A stretch of 64,000 nucleotides of DNA, taken from Thermoanaerobaculia bacterium (GTDB taxonomy: Bacteria; Acidobacteriota; Thermoanaerobaculia; UBA5066). Shown here piece by piece: positions 49,405 through 58,596 of the stretch. The notes under the pieces are model-generated. The model was not told where the DNA came from and ran no database searches. It saw nothing but the letters and a program-made list of their open reading frames with translations. Numbering within the stretch: the first letter of the stretch is position 1; every line of letters begins with the position of its first letter. A program made the position numbers and the translations under genes. The stretch lies in NCBI GenBank assembly GCA_963816185.1, contig CAWFJJ010000021.1, forward strand, positions 32,001-96,000, written 5' to 3'.

Positions 49405-51259
49405 GCGGCGCCGCCGGGCGGAGGCGCAACAAGAGCTGCGTGTCGCCGAAAGGCTCGATCGAAACGGCGCGCGCTTCGAGCCCCCTGCGGAGCGGCGGCA
49501 GCCAGCCGCGGAGCCAAACGAACTTCGGGTAGCTCTCGGTGTTTTTCTCGGCCGCGGCCGCCACGTCCCAGAGGAAGCGCGAAAAGAAGACCGCGTCGAC
49601 CGGCGCATCTCCCGCCGTGACCTGCCCGGCGATCCCCACGGCGCGCGCGCCGGACTCGTCCACCATGAGCGAGGCGAGGCCGACACGCCCCAAATCGCCG
49701 CGCCGGACGCGCTCGAAAATCTTCCCCTCGTCCTGACCCCAGTCCACGTTCGAGTCCGAAAGAATCGCCGGGACACCGGCGGGACCTCCGCAAAAGAGGT
49801 TTCCGAACGAGATCTCCCGGCCGATTCGAAGCGCGCCCTCACCCGCCGCCGCGAGGACGACGGCGGCGAGCGCGATCGCGAGCGTATGGCGCCGGCGAAC
49901 GAGAGTCCGGAGAGCTCCCGCCGCTGCGGCGATCGCGAAGGGGACCACGGGAAACGCGTGGCGAACGCCGATGTTCACGTTCGAGGCGCAAGCCGCGAAG
50001 AGGTAAGCGCCGCCGAGAGCGGCCGGAAGGCAGGCGCGCGCGGCGAGAAGACCGCGACTGCGCGCCCCCCTGGAGGCAAGAACGCCCGCTGCGACGAAAG
50101 CCGCCAGGACGAAGAGAACGGTCGCCGTCGTGAGCTTGATCCCGAGGGCGACCGGGAAATAGAGCGCGTAGCCCTTTCCGGAGATCTCGCCGAAGAAGTA
50201 ATTGAAGCGCTCGCCGGGGCCGGCGACACCCTGCACGAAAAGCAGCCCCGCGCCGTAGGCCGCGACCGACTTCGGAAGCATGCCTGCCAGCGCCAGGGCG
50301 GCTCGCTCCTGCGGCAGCCCGGCGAACTCGCGCGCGATTCCCGCGCGAAAAGCGGAATCGCTCGTCCCGGCGAACGTGAGGAACTGGATGAGAAAGAGGG
50401 TGACGAGGGCGGGTCCAACGAGAAATGCCAGAACAGAAGGGGAGGTTCGAAGAGAATTTCTTAGAAGGTGAAGAGGGCCGGAGGGGAGTGCGACCTCTTT
50501 TCTGAAATTCGGGGCTGCTGATGCAGCCCCGATAGTTGCAAATCTTCTTCCCGAATGGCCGATGTCAAGGGCGCGCTTCGCGCGCCGCGCAGCGGTCTTC
50601 GACCCTTGACGTCGATCATTCGGGAAATACGGTCTCCGACCAGAAAACCTCCCGGTGCTCTCTGACCCAAGGCGGACCACCGCAATGGCAGCGAAAACCG
50701 CGAGGAACGGGAAAGCAGAGTATTTCGACGCCGTCGCGAAGCCGTAGAGAACTCCGCTCCCGACGAGCCAGCGGAGGTCGGGCTTCCTTCTTCCCGTGCC
50801 CCGCGCGGCGTATTCCAGCGCGAGCGCCGCGGCCACGAGGAAGAACGTCACGAGGATGTCGCTCTGGACGAGGGTACCGTGCCCGCGGAGAGTGGGCTCG
50901 ATGGCGACGAGGGCCGCGGCGGCGAGGCCGGTAAGGTCGCCTGCGAAGGTACGCGCGAGGAGCCCGGTCGCCAGGACGAGGCCCGCGAAGATGAAAGGCA
51001 TCGGCGCCCGGCCGGCGCGCGTTTCGTCGATCTCCATCGCCGGCGTCTCCCGCGGGAGGAAGACGCCGGCAAGCACCTTCATCAGGACGGGGTGCTCGAA
51101 GTTCGAGACCATGCCCGGCCCATAGCGCCACTCGCGGGCGGCCGTGAGGTGCGCGGGCTCGTCCGACGTCGTCCAGAGAGAGAACCGTGCGCGTTCGGCG
51201 CCGAGAAAGGCGAGGAGGACGACGGCGGCGAGAGCCGCCGCGAACCGCGCGCGCGACAT
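49364..51259 (-). CDS. ArnT/PMT-like (GT-C) glycosyltransferase carrying an in-frame palindromic insertion
   Basis: TSDEPAH, NFEHP, HG.LV.SD, SKYSA, NIGVRH, DSNVDWGQD. Confidence 0.85.
   Translation of the reverse strand: MSRARFAAALAAVVLLAFLGAERARFSLWTTSDEPAHLTAAREWRYGPGMVSNFEHPVLMKVLAGVFLPRETPAMEIDETRAGRAPMPFIFAGLVLATGLLARTFAGDLTGLAAAALVAIEPTLRGHGTLVQSDILVTFFLVAAALALEYAARGTGRRKPDLRWLVGSGVLYGFATASKYSAFPFLAVFAAIAVVRLGSESTGRFSGRRPYFPNDRRQGSKTAARRAKRALDIGHSGRRFATIGAASAAPNFRKEVALPSGPLHLLRNSLRTSPSVLAFLVGPALVTLFLIQFLTFAGTSDSAFRAGIAREFAGLPQERAALALAGMLPKSVAAYGAGLLFVQGVAGPGERFNYFFGEISGKGYALYFPVALGIKLTTATVLFVLAAFVAAGVLASRGARSRGLLAARACLPAALGGAYLFAACASNVNIGVRHAFPVVPFAIAAAAGALRTLVRRRHTLAIALAAVVLAAAGEGALRIGREISFGNLFCGGPAGVPAILSDSNVDWGQDEGKIFERVRRGDLGRVGLASLMVDESGARAVGIAGQVTAGDAPVDAVFFSRFLWDVAAAAEKNTESYPKFVWLRGWLPPLRRGLEARAVSIEPFGDTQLLLRLRPAAPPTASPSGPPAPTP
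50509..50626. repeat. Two-hairpin palindromic element, copy 2 (inverted relative to copy 1)
   Basis: Hairpin 50509-50532; long stem 50548-50571/50603-50626 (21 of 24 Watson-Crick pairs); core matches 11941-11987. Confidence 0.9.
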
Positions 51260-51267
51260 TCGGTCGA

Positions 51268-52902
51268 TTATGCGTGGACTCCCGGGGCCTCGTGGCCCGT
51301 CCGCACCACCCATTCGCGGTAGGACCCGCCGTAGACGTGCGGCGCGGCGGTGCCGCCCTCGCCGGTGAGCTCGAGGACGCGGTTTGCGAGGCCTCGCAGG
51401 AACGTGCGGTCGTGCGAGACGAAAAGCATCGTCCCGTCGAACGTCGAGAGGGCCTTTACGAGCATCTCCTTCGTAGCGAGATCGAGGTGATTCGTGGGCT
51501 CGTCGAGGACGAGGAAATTCGGAGGATCGAACAGCATGCGCGCCATCACGAGGCGCGATTTCTCGCCGCCGGAAAGGAAGCGGACCCTCTTGTCCACGTC
51601 GTCGCCCGAGAACTGGAACGCGCCGACGAGCGCACGCAGGACGCCGAGGCCGGCGGCCGGAAAGTCCTTCTGGACCTGCTCGAGCACGGTCAGCTCCGGA
51701 TCGAGGAGGTCCAGGGCCTGCTGCGAAAAGTAGCCGAGCTTCACGCTCGCCCCGAGGCGCACCGTGCCGCCGTCGGGTGAAAGGACTCCCGCGACCATTT
51801 TCAGAAGCGTCGTCTTCCCGGCGCCGTTGACGCCCATGACGCACCAGCGCTCGCCGCGCCGGACGAGGAAATCGAAATCCCTGTAGAGGCGTCGCATCCC
51901 GTAAGCCTTCGACAGCTTCTCGAGGATCGCCACGTCGTCGCCGGAGCGCGGCGGCGGCTTGAAGTCGAAACGCACGACGGCGCGTTTCTTCGGCAGCGCG
52001 ATCGTCTCGATCTTCTCGAGCTTCTTGACGCGGCTCTGCACCTGGGCCGCCTTCGCGGCGTGCGTCTGGAAGCGCTCGATGAAGCGCTGCTCTTTCGCGA
52101 GCATCGCCTGCTGCCGCGCGAAGGCGGCTTCCCGCTGCGCCTCGCGCTGAGCCCTCTCCTTCTCGTAGAAGTCGTAGTTGCCCGAATACGCCACGAGCTC
52201 TCCGGAGTCGATGTCGACGACCTTCGAGACGACGCGGTTCATGAAGTCGCGGTCGTGGCACGTGATGAGCAGCGAGCCCGGGAAGGCCTCGAGGTATTCC
52301 TCGAGCCAGATGATGGATTCGATGTCGAGGTGGTTCGTGGGCTCGTCCATGAGGAGGACGTCGGGCCTGCCGAGGAGGACCTTCGCCATCGCGACGCGCA
52401 TCTTCCAGCCGCCGGACAGGGCGCCGACGTCGGAGTCGATGCGCTCGTCGTCGAAGCCGAGCCCGTGGAGGACCTCGCGGGCGCGGGCCTCCAGGTCGTA
52501 CCCTCCGCGCTGCTGGTATTCGGACTGCACGTCGCCGAACCGTGCCAGGATGCCTTCCGCCTCGCCGGCGCGCTCCGGGTCCGCGAGCGCGTGCTCGAGG
52601 CCGATCAGCTCGTGGTGGAGGTCGCCGAGGCGTCCGCTTCCCGCAATCGCCTCGTCGAGAACCGGCCATCCCGCCATCTCGTCGATCTCCTGCCTGAAGT
52701 AGCCGATCGAGAGCTTCTTCGGGACGGTTACGTCGCCGTCGTCGGCGTGCTCTTCGCCCGTGATGAGCCGGAAGATCGTCGTCTTGCCGGCTCCGTTCGG
52801 GCCGACGAGGCCGATCTTCTCGCCCGGGTTGAGCTGAAAGGAGGCGTCGACGAAGAGGACCTGCCGGCCGTACTGTTTGCAGATGCCGGAAAGAGCGATC
52901 AC
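51268..52902 (-). CDS. ABC-F family ATPase
   Basis: Two NBDs (GPNGAGKT/LSGGW/DEPTNHLD; GVNGAGKT/LSGGE), no TM. Confidence 0.95.
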   Translation of the reverse strand: MIALSGICKQYGRQVLFVDASFQLNPGEKIGLVGPNGAGKTTIFRLITGEEHADDGDVTVPKKLSIGYFRQEIDEMAGWPVLDEAIAGSGRLGDLHHELIGLEHALADPERAGEAEGILARFGDVQSEYQQRGGYDLEARAREVLHGLGFDDERIDSDVGALSGGWKMRVAMAKVLLGRPDVLLMDEPTNHLDIESIIWLEEYLEAFPGSLLITCHDRDFMNRVVSKVVDIDSGELVAYSGNYDFYEKERAQREAQREAAFARQQAMLAKEQRFIERFQTHAAKAAQVQSRVKKLEKIETIALPKKRAVVRFDFKPPPRSGDDVAILEKLSKAYGMRRLYRDFDFLVRRGERWCVMGVNGAGKTTLLKMVAGVLSPDGGTVRLGASVKLGYFSQQALDLLDPELTVLEQVQKDFPAAGLGVLRALVGAFQFSGDDVDKRVRFLSGGEKSRLVMARMLFDPPNFLVLDEPTNHLDLATKEMLVKALSTFDGTMLFVSHDRTFLRGLANRVLELTGEGGTAAPHVYGGSYREWVVRTGHEAPGVHA

Positions 52903-52939
52903 ACCCGGCGCACGATAGCAGGACCGTGCGCGGGACGGA

Positions 52940-53377
52940 TCATTCGATCATCGCGATGCGGCGGGCGTGGCGTCCGCCTCCGGCACCCGGCTCGAACGGC
53001 GTCTCGAGGAAGATCCTGACGATCGTGAGCGCCATCTCGAGGGGGATCATCCTTTCGCCGAGCGAGAGGACGTTCGCGTCGTTGTGCTCGCGGCTGGCTT
53101 TCGCGGTGGCTTCGTTCCAGCACAGCGCGCAGCGCACGCCCCGGACCTTGTTCGCGACCATGGCTTCGCCGTTTCCCGAGCCGCCGAGGACGATGCCGCG
53201 CGCGCACTCGCCGAGGGCGACGGCCTCGGCGGCGGGCCGGACGTAGATCGGGTAATCGACCATGTCGGCCGCGAACGTGCCGCAATCCTTCACCTCGTGG
53301 CCCATCCCGAGGAGCATGGCCTTGATCTTCTCTTTGTATGCGAAACCGGCGTGGTCGCAGCCGAGGGAGATCTTCAT
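52940..53377 (-). CDS. rpiB: Ribose-5-phosphate isomerase B
   Basis: GCDHAG, DYP, GGSGNGE, ANKV.G, HNDANVL, GRHARR. Confidence 0.95.
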   Translation of the reverse strand: MKISLGCDHAGFAYKEKIKAMLLGMGHEVKDCGTFAADMVDYPIYVRPAAEAVALGECARGIVLGGSGNGEAMVANKVRGVRCALCWNEATAKASREHNDANVLSLGERMIPLEMALTIVRIFLETPFEPGAGGGRHARRIAMIE

Positions 53378-53388
53378 GACGGGGAAGT

Positions 53389-56379
53389 CTAGGGCACGAG
53401 CGCCGCCGGGAAGTAGCTGCCGTCGTTCGTCCGGTTGTCGACGAGCGTCGCCCAGGCCGTGGCGGAGCCGCCGTCGAGGACGTCGACGAGGAGGGATGCC
53501 TGCTCGAGCGGCGGCGTCGACATCGCGGCAAAGACGTCGTTCCACTGGACGGCCTCGTTCGGGCCCAGGGCGAGCGTGCGGGCCGCGACCGCCACGCCCG
53601 CCGGGTTCAGGAGCGAGACGCGGAGCGTCGTCGCCGCGCCACCCGTCTCGACGAACCCGACGTTCGTGCGCTGGAGCTCGGAGCTGGAAAGGAACGTGAG
53701 AGCGAGCGTTCGCCCGGGACCGGCGACGGCTGCCCCGGAGGACGGGTCGATCGCGACGCCGTAGCTCCGGGAGCCGTCCAGCGTGTACGTGCGGCTCGAG
53801 GCGAGGATGGCGGTCCCGTCGAGCGCGGTGAGGCGCAGCGCGCCCGAGACGTCGGAGACCGGAGCGAAGAGCTGGCCGAGTGCGTCGTCCAGGAAGCGTG
53901 TCTCGCCCCCCGCGAGCGTGACGAGCACCGGAGAGAAGATGCCGCCCGACGTCGGGAACAGAGACACTTTCACGCGCGCTGGAGAAGCTGCCGTGTTCGC
54001 GATCTTCAGGTCGGTCACGTAGCGCGCGCCGAAGCGGCCGTCGGCCCGCGCGACCGTGGGAAGCAGGAGGTCGGTCCCCGCGACCGCCGCCCCCGCGAAC
54101 GCCCCGTCATTCGAGGAGTTGTCGACCGTCGTCGCGAAGGGAGCGATTCGCCCCCTGCCCGACACGACGCGGATCTCGAGCCGGTCCGCGGCGTCGGGCA
54201 GGATATTCGCTGCCGTGTAGATGTCGTTCACCTGCAGGAGTCCGCCCGCCGGCACCGTCTCCGGAAGGACGGCGCGCACGGCGCCGTGCGCGTCCTTCAC
54301 GACGATCTCCGCCGTGGCGTCGTGGCCCGTGACCTCCGTGAGCCCGACGTTCACGCGAAAGCCGGTGTCGCGGAACACGGGCACGAGCGTGAGCGTCGTC
54401 CCCGCGCCGGCGGCCGCGGCAGGAGGCGCCGCGGGAATCGAGAGGCCGAAGGAGCCTCCTCGCACGGCGGTCGTGGCGGTGTGGGAGGCGGCGACCACCG
54501 AGGCCGGCGCGGAGAGGAACAGGGGCCCGTAACCGTCCGTGCGAAACGTGTTGCCGAGGACGTCGTCGAGCGCGCGCGTCGAGAGCGGCGGCAGCGTCAA
54601 CGAGACGGTGCGTGCCGGTCCGGCTTCCGCCGGTTGGAATCTCATGGAGACCGTCGAGGAGTTCGCCGCGTCCGTGTTGAAGAGCCTGAGGTCCGTCGTG
54701 AAGAACGCGCCGAGCCTGCCGATCCTGTGGGCGGACGTCGGGATCACCGCGGTTGCGCCCGGGAAGGGCGCATTGCCGGTCGGCGCCTCCGGTTCGATGA
54801 GGAGCGCCCAGGAGACGAGACGTCCGGCGCCTGCGCCCGCCACGGCGTCGAGCACGCGAAGCCGCCACGTGCCCGCGGCCTGCCGGCCCGCGAAGCTCGA
54901 AAGAGGCTCGAGAGGTTCGCGTGTGCGCCCGAAGACCTCGCGAAAAGCGTCGCCCGTGCGGCCGTCGCGGTTCATGAGCAGAACGTTCTCGCCGTCGGGG
55001 CCGCTCAGCGACACGATGAGCTGCGATACGTCGGGATGATCGATCGACAGCGCGACGGCCACCGAGGACACGTGGCCCGTGAGCGCGGAGACGAACGCTT
55101 CGCAGACGAGCGTTTCTCCCGTACCGTCGGGAATCGCGGCGCCGCCGCAGGAGCCGATCGGGGTCGTGGCGCTCAGGGCCGCGGAAAGATCGAGACGCGG
55201 AGTGATCCGGCCCGTGCGGTTATCGAGCACGGGAACGCCCGTGGCGCGCAGAAGGTCGAATGCGAGCGCGGGGTCGGCGAGCGGCCGCGCCTGTCGGGTT
55301 AGGAGGACCGCGCCGGTCGCGGCCGGCGCCGAGGCGGAGGTGCCGGAGAAAACGGCCGTCCGGCCGCCGCCGGCGGCCGTCGTCGTCCAACCGACGCCCG
55401 GCGCGAGCATCGAAAGGCCGGGACCCGACGAGCTTGCACACGGCACGACGTCGGGTCCCGAGAGCGCGTCCTCGCACGCGGGGGGTCCGTTCCAGACGAC
55501 GGAGCCCGAGGAGGCGGAGTACACCATCCCGACCGCGGCGACGTTCGAGAGGCAAGCCGGCCATGGCAGGCCGGACGACTTGCCGTCGTTTCCCGAGGCG
55601 GCCACGGCCGCGATGCCGGCCGCGCGCACGGCCGCGAACGCCGCCGCGCCGGCGGGGTCGACCGTGTCGCAGAAGGCGCTGTGCGAGGACTCGTCGGCGA
55701 GACTGAGGTTGATGGCCTCGATGTTCAAGGCGTCGCGGTTCGACACGGCCCAGTCCACGGCCCCGAGCACGTCTGAGGCGCGCGCGCTGCGGCATCCGTC
55801 GCCGAGGCCGAAGACCTTGAGGACGACGAGGCCGGCCTCGGGGGCGATGCCTTGAGGTCCCGCCACGACCCCGGCGACCTCCGTCCCGTGGCCGTTGCAA
55901 TCTGCGAGATCGCCGTTGTTGTCGGCGAAGTTCCAGCCGGGCCAGCCCGAGGTCGACGGGGGCTTCAGGTCGGGATGGGCGAGGTCGATTCCGCTGTCCA
56001 CGATCGCGACGCTCCGGCCCCGTCCCGTCACGCCGAGGCTGAGCAGCCTGTCCGCACCGATCTGAGCCGTTCCGATCTGTCCCGCGGGCCGCACGAGGCG
56101 ATCGAACCCGACGTGAAGTACGTCCGAGCGCGCCGCAAGAGCGGCAATGTCGGCCGCCGTGGCCCAGCCCGCGGCGACAGGCGCATTTGCGAGGCGGCGC
56201 GTGATCGAGAAACCGGGCCGCTCGGCGTCCGCCCGGAGCGACACGAGGATCGGAATCTGCGCCTGCCCGGCCCTCACGCGCGCTTCGACCTCGGGCGACA
56301 CGACCGCCGACCGAGCCGCGAGAGGCGCGAGGACGAGTGCGGCGGCCGCCGCGGATCGGAATAGCGCTTGAACGTTCAT
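53389..56379 (-). CDS. Secreted S8 subtilase with P-domain and two tandem C-terminal modules
   Basis: VDSG, HGTEVAG, SGTSASAP triad; GTWRLRV.D P-domain; repeated TDL..N/R.NVG/VDN.. modules. Confidence 0.9.
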   Translation of the reverse strand: MNVQALFRSAAAAALVLAPLAARSAVVSPEVEARVRAGQAQIPILVSLRADAERPGFSITRRLANAPVAAGWATAADIAALAARSDVLHVGFDRLVRPAGQIGTAQIGADRLLSLGVTGRGRSVAIVDSGIDLAHPDLKPPSTSGWPGWNFADNNGDLADCNGHGTEVAGVVAGPQGIAPEAGLVVLKVFGLGDGCRSARASDVLGAVDWAVSNRDALNIEAINLSLADESSHSAFCDTVDPAGAAAFAAVRAAGIAAVAASGNDGKSSGLPWPACLSNVAAVGMVYSASSGSVVWNGPPACEDALSGPDVVPCASSSGPGLSMLAPGVGWTTTAAGGGRTAVFSGTSASAPAATGAVLLTRQARPLADPALAFDLLRATGVPVLDNRTGRITPRLDLSAALSATTPIGSCGGAAIPDGTGETLVCEAFVSALTGHVSSVAVALSIDHPDVSQLIVSLSGPDGENVLLMNRDGRTGDAFREVFGRTREPLEPLSSFAGRQAAGTWRLRVLDAVAGAGAGRLVSWALLIEPEAPTGNAPFPGATAVIPTSAHRIGRLGAFFTTDLRLFNTDAANSSTVSMRFQPAEAGPARTVSLTLPPLSTRALDDVLGNTFRTDGYGPLFLSAPASVVAASHTATTAVRGGSFGLSIPAAPPAAAAGAGTTLTLVPVFRDTGFRVNVGLTEVTGHDATAEIVVKDAHGAVRAVLPETVPAGGLLQVNDIYTAANILPDAADRLEIRVVSGRGRIAPFATTVDNSSNDGAFAGAAVAGTDLLLPTVARADGRFGARYVTDLKIANTAASPARVKVSLFPTSGGIFSPVLVTLAGGETRFLDDALGQLFAPVSDVSGALRLTALDGTAILASSRTYTLDGSRSYGVAIDPSSGAAVAGPGRTLALTFLSSSELQRTNVGFVETGGAATTLRVSLLNPAGVAVAARTLALGPNEAVQWNDVFAAMSTPPLEQASLLVDVLDGGSATAWATLVDNRTNDGSYFPAALVP

Positions 56380-56453
56380 CCGGAAGACGGCGAGCACTGT
56401 CGTCGGTGTGCAACTGGCGTGCCCGAAGTGATCGCAGCCGGTAAGATCTCACC

Positions 56454-57275
56454 GTGGCGCGCTTCCCTCAACCCCTGGAGGTGGCGGGCGGCGTGGCCGT
56501 CTTCGCCGATGCTCATCTCGGCCAGGTGGAACGGGATGCGGAGGATTTCCTGCATGCGCTCGAGGGGGTGAGGAGGCGCGGTTTTGCGACGGTGGTCCTC
56601 CTCGGAGACATCTTTCACGTCTTCATCGGCGACGCGAAGCTGGAGACGCCTCTCCTGAAAAGCACGTTGCGGGGCTTGCAGGAGGTCGGTTCACGCGGAC
56701 TTTCGCTTCGGTACGTGGAGGGAAACCGCGATTTTTTCGTCGCCGGCACGGCTTACGCGGCTCCGTTTTCGTCCTGGGCGCTGGCGGACGGTCTCCGCGT
56801 CGGAGATTCGCGCTACGCCTTCGTCCACGGAGATCGCGTGAACACGGCCGACTTTCCCTACCGGTTCTGGCGCGCCGTCTCGAAGAATCCGGTCGCGCAC
56901 GCCGTACTGAGGGCGATCCCAGGACCCCTCGCACGCGCGATCGTCGCGCGAACCGAAGCTCGGCTTTACCGGTCCAACTTCAAGCACAAGAAGAAGCTTC
57001 CCGAGGCCGCTCTCCTCGCGGAGGGCCGTGCAGCGCGCCAGGCAGGATACGACGCTCTCCTCGTAGGCCACTTCCACGTTGAGAGGACGCTGAAAAGCGA
57101 TGGGGGCGTCACGCACGTCCTGCCCGCGTGGCTCGAGGAGAGAAAGCACGCCGAGATCGCGCCGGACGGCAGGCTCACGATCGTCGAAGAAGAATCCGCC
57201 GGGCGAGCGGTGCGCCGCGGTTTCGGAGCGCTCGAAACGGGCGGCGCGGTTTCGGCCACAGCCGTGGGCTCTTGA
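56454..57275 (+). CDS. LpxH-like metallophosphoesterase (UDP-2,3-diacylglucosamine hydrolase family)
   Basis: DAH, GDIF, GNRDF, HGD, GHFH. Confidence 0.8.
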   Translation: MARFPQPLEVAGGVAVFADAHLGQVERDAEDFLHALEGVRRRGFATVVLLGDIFHVFIGDAKLETPLLKSTLRGLQEVGSRGLSLRYVEGNRDFFVAGTAYAAPFSSWALADGLRVGDSRYAFVHGDRVNTADFPYRFWRAVSKNPVAHAVLRAIPGPLARAIVARTEARLYRSNFKHKKKLPEAALLAEGRAARQAGYDALLVGHFHVERTLKSDGGVTHVLPAWLEERKHAEIAPDGRLTIVEEESAGRAVRRGFGALETGGAVSATAVGS

Positions 57276-58561
57276 GCGCTCCACGCCGCCTCCCGCGGGG
57301 CCGTCTTGCGGGAAATCTCCGCGTTCCGGGCAGCAAGAGCCTGACGAACCGCGCTCTCGTCGCGGCCGCGCTCGCGGAAGGGGAGAGCGAGCTGCTCGAC
57401 CCGCTGGATTCCACGGATACCCGTGCGTTGGCTTCTGCGCTCGAGCTGCTCGGAGCGGAGATTTTCTTAGAAGGTGTGAGGTGGCGGGTCGTCGGACCGA
57501 TCGGCTCGAGCGGCCACTCGAACTCGGAGGTTCGCATCGACGTCGGAGATGCCGGAACGCCGGCGCGTTTTCTTGCGCCCCTCCTCGCGGCCGTGCCGGG
57601 ACGTTATGTTCTCGACGGCAGCGCCCGGATGCGGGAACGGCCGATGTCTCCCCTTTTCGAAGCAATTCAAGCCCTGGGAGCCGATGTCAGGTTTCTCGGG
57701 CGGGAAGGCTTTCTCCCCGCCGCGATCCGCGGCGGCTCGCTGCACGGCGGGCGGGTGAAGATTCGCGGCGACGTCTCCTCGCAATTCCTGTCGGCGCTCA
57801 TGCTCGTCTCGCCCCTCGTGCCGGGCGGCATCGAGCTCGAGGTCGAAGGGCCGATCTCGTCGGCGTCCTACCTCGCTCTGACGCGCCGTGTCCTGGACGG
57901 CTTCGGAGCTTCTCCGGGAGGCGGTTACCGGCCGGCGCGCTTTCGCGTGAGCGGCGACGACTCGGCCGCCTGTTTTCCGATCGCGGGCGCGATCGTTTCT
58001 GGAGGACGCGTGACGCTGCGCGGTCTCGCGCGAGAGTCGGAGCAGCCGGACGCGGCGTTCCGTGCGTGGGCGGCTGCCGCGGGCGGAAGGCTCGAGTGGG
58101 AGAGAGCGCCGGACGGCGAGGCGGCGCTCACGGTGAGAGGGCCCGAGGGCGGCGCGAACACGCTCCTCCTCCCCGTCGACGCGGACATGGACGCCGCGCC
58201 GGATGCCGCGCTTCCTCTCGCAGCGCTCGTCGCGTTCGCCGCCGGCACGTCGCGCCTCGTGGGCGTCGCCCGCCTGCGAGGGAAGGAATCCGACCGCCTC
58301 GCCGCCGCGCTCGATCTCCTTGCGGGCGCGGGCTCGACCGCACGGGAGGAGAGAGACCGACACGGCCCCGTCCTCGTCGTGGACGGCCCGAGGGGAGTGC
58401 CGCGAGCCGCGAATTTCGTCGCGCACGGAGATCACCGAGTCGCCATGGCGGCCGCGGTTCTCGCGCTCGCCCTGCCCGCCGGCTCGACGCTGGACGACCC
58501 GGGCGTCGTGGCGAAATCGTGGCCGGGGTTCTGGGAAGCGTGGGAGGGTCTCATCGGGTAG
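57272..58561 (+). CDS. aroA: EPSP synthase
   Basis: PGSKSLTNR, AGT.ARF, RERPM, SSQFLSAL, KESDR, DHRVAMA, KSWP; TTG overlaps upstream stop. Confidence 0.95.
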   Translation: MSAPRRLPRGRLAGNLRVPGSKSLTNRALVAAALAEGESELLDPLDSTDTRALASALELLGAEIFLEGVRWRVVGPIGSSGHSNSEVRIDVGDAGTPARFLAPLLAAVPGRYVLDGSARMRERPMSPLFEAIQALGADVRFLGREGFLPAAIRGGSLHGGRVKIRGDVSSQFLSALMLVSPLVPGGIELEVEGPISSASYLALTRRVLDGFGASPGGGYRPARFRVSGDDSAACFPIAGAIVSGGRVTLRGLARESEQPDAAFRAWAAAAGGRLEWERAPDGEAALTVRGPEGGANTLLLPVDADMDAAPDAALPLAALVAFAAGTSRLVGVARLRGKESDRLAAALDLLAGAGSTAREERDRHGPVLVVDGPRGVPRAANFVAHGDHRVAMAAAVLALALPAGSTLDDPGVVAKSWPGFWEAWEGLIG

Positions 58562-58596
58562 CGGCGCACAGGCGGGAGGCGCAGCCGGTCGCGCCG

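Noticed and set aside
841-57478. Dispersed motif as CRISPR repeats, KOPS/Chi or parS
   Set aside because: No regular spacing, no cas genes, both orientations present, and no similarity to the parS palindrome
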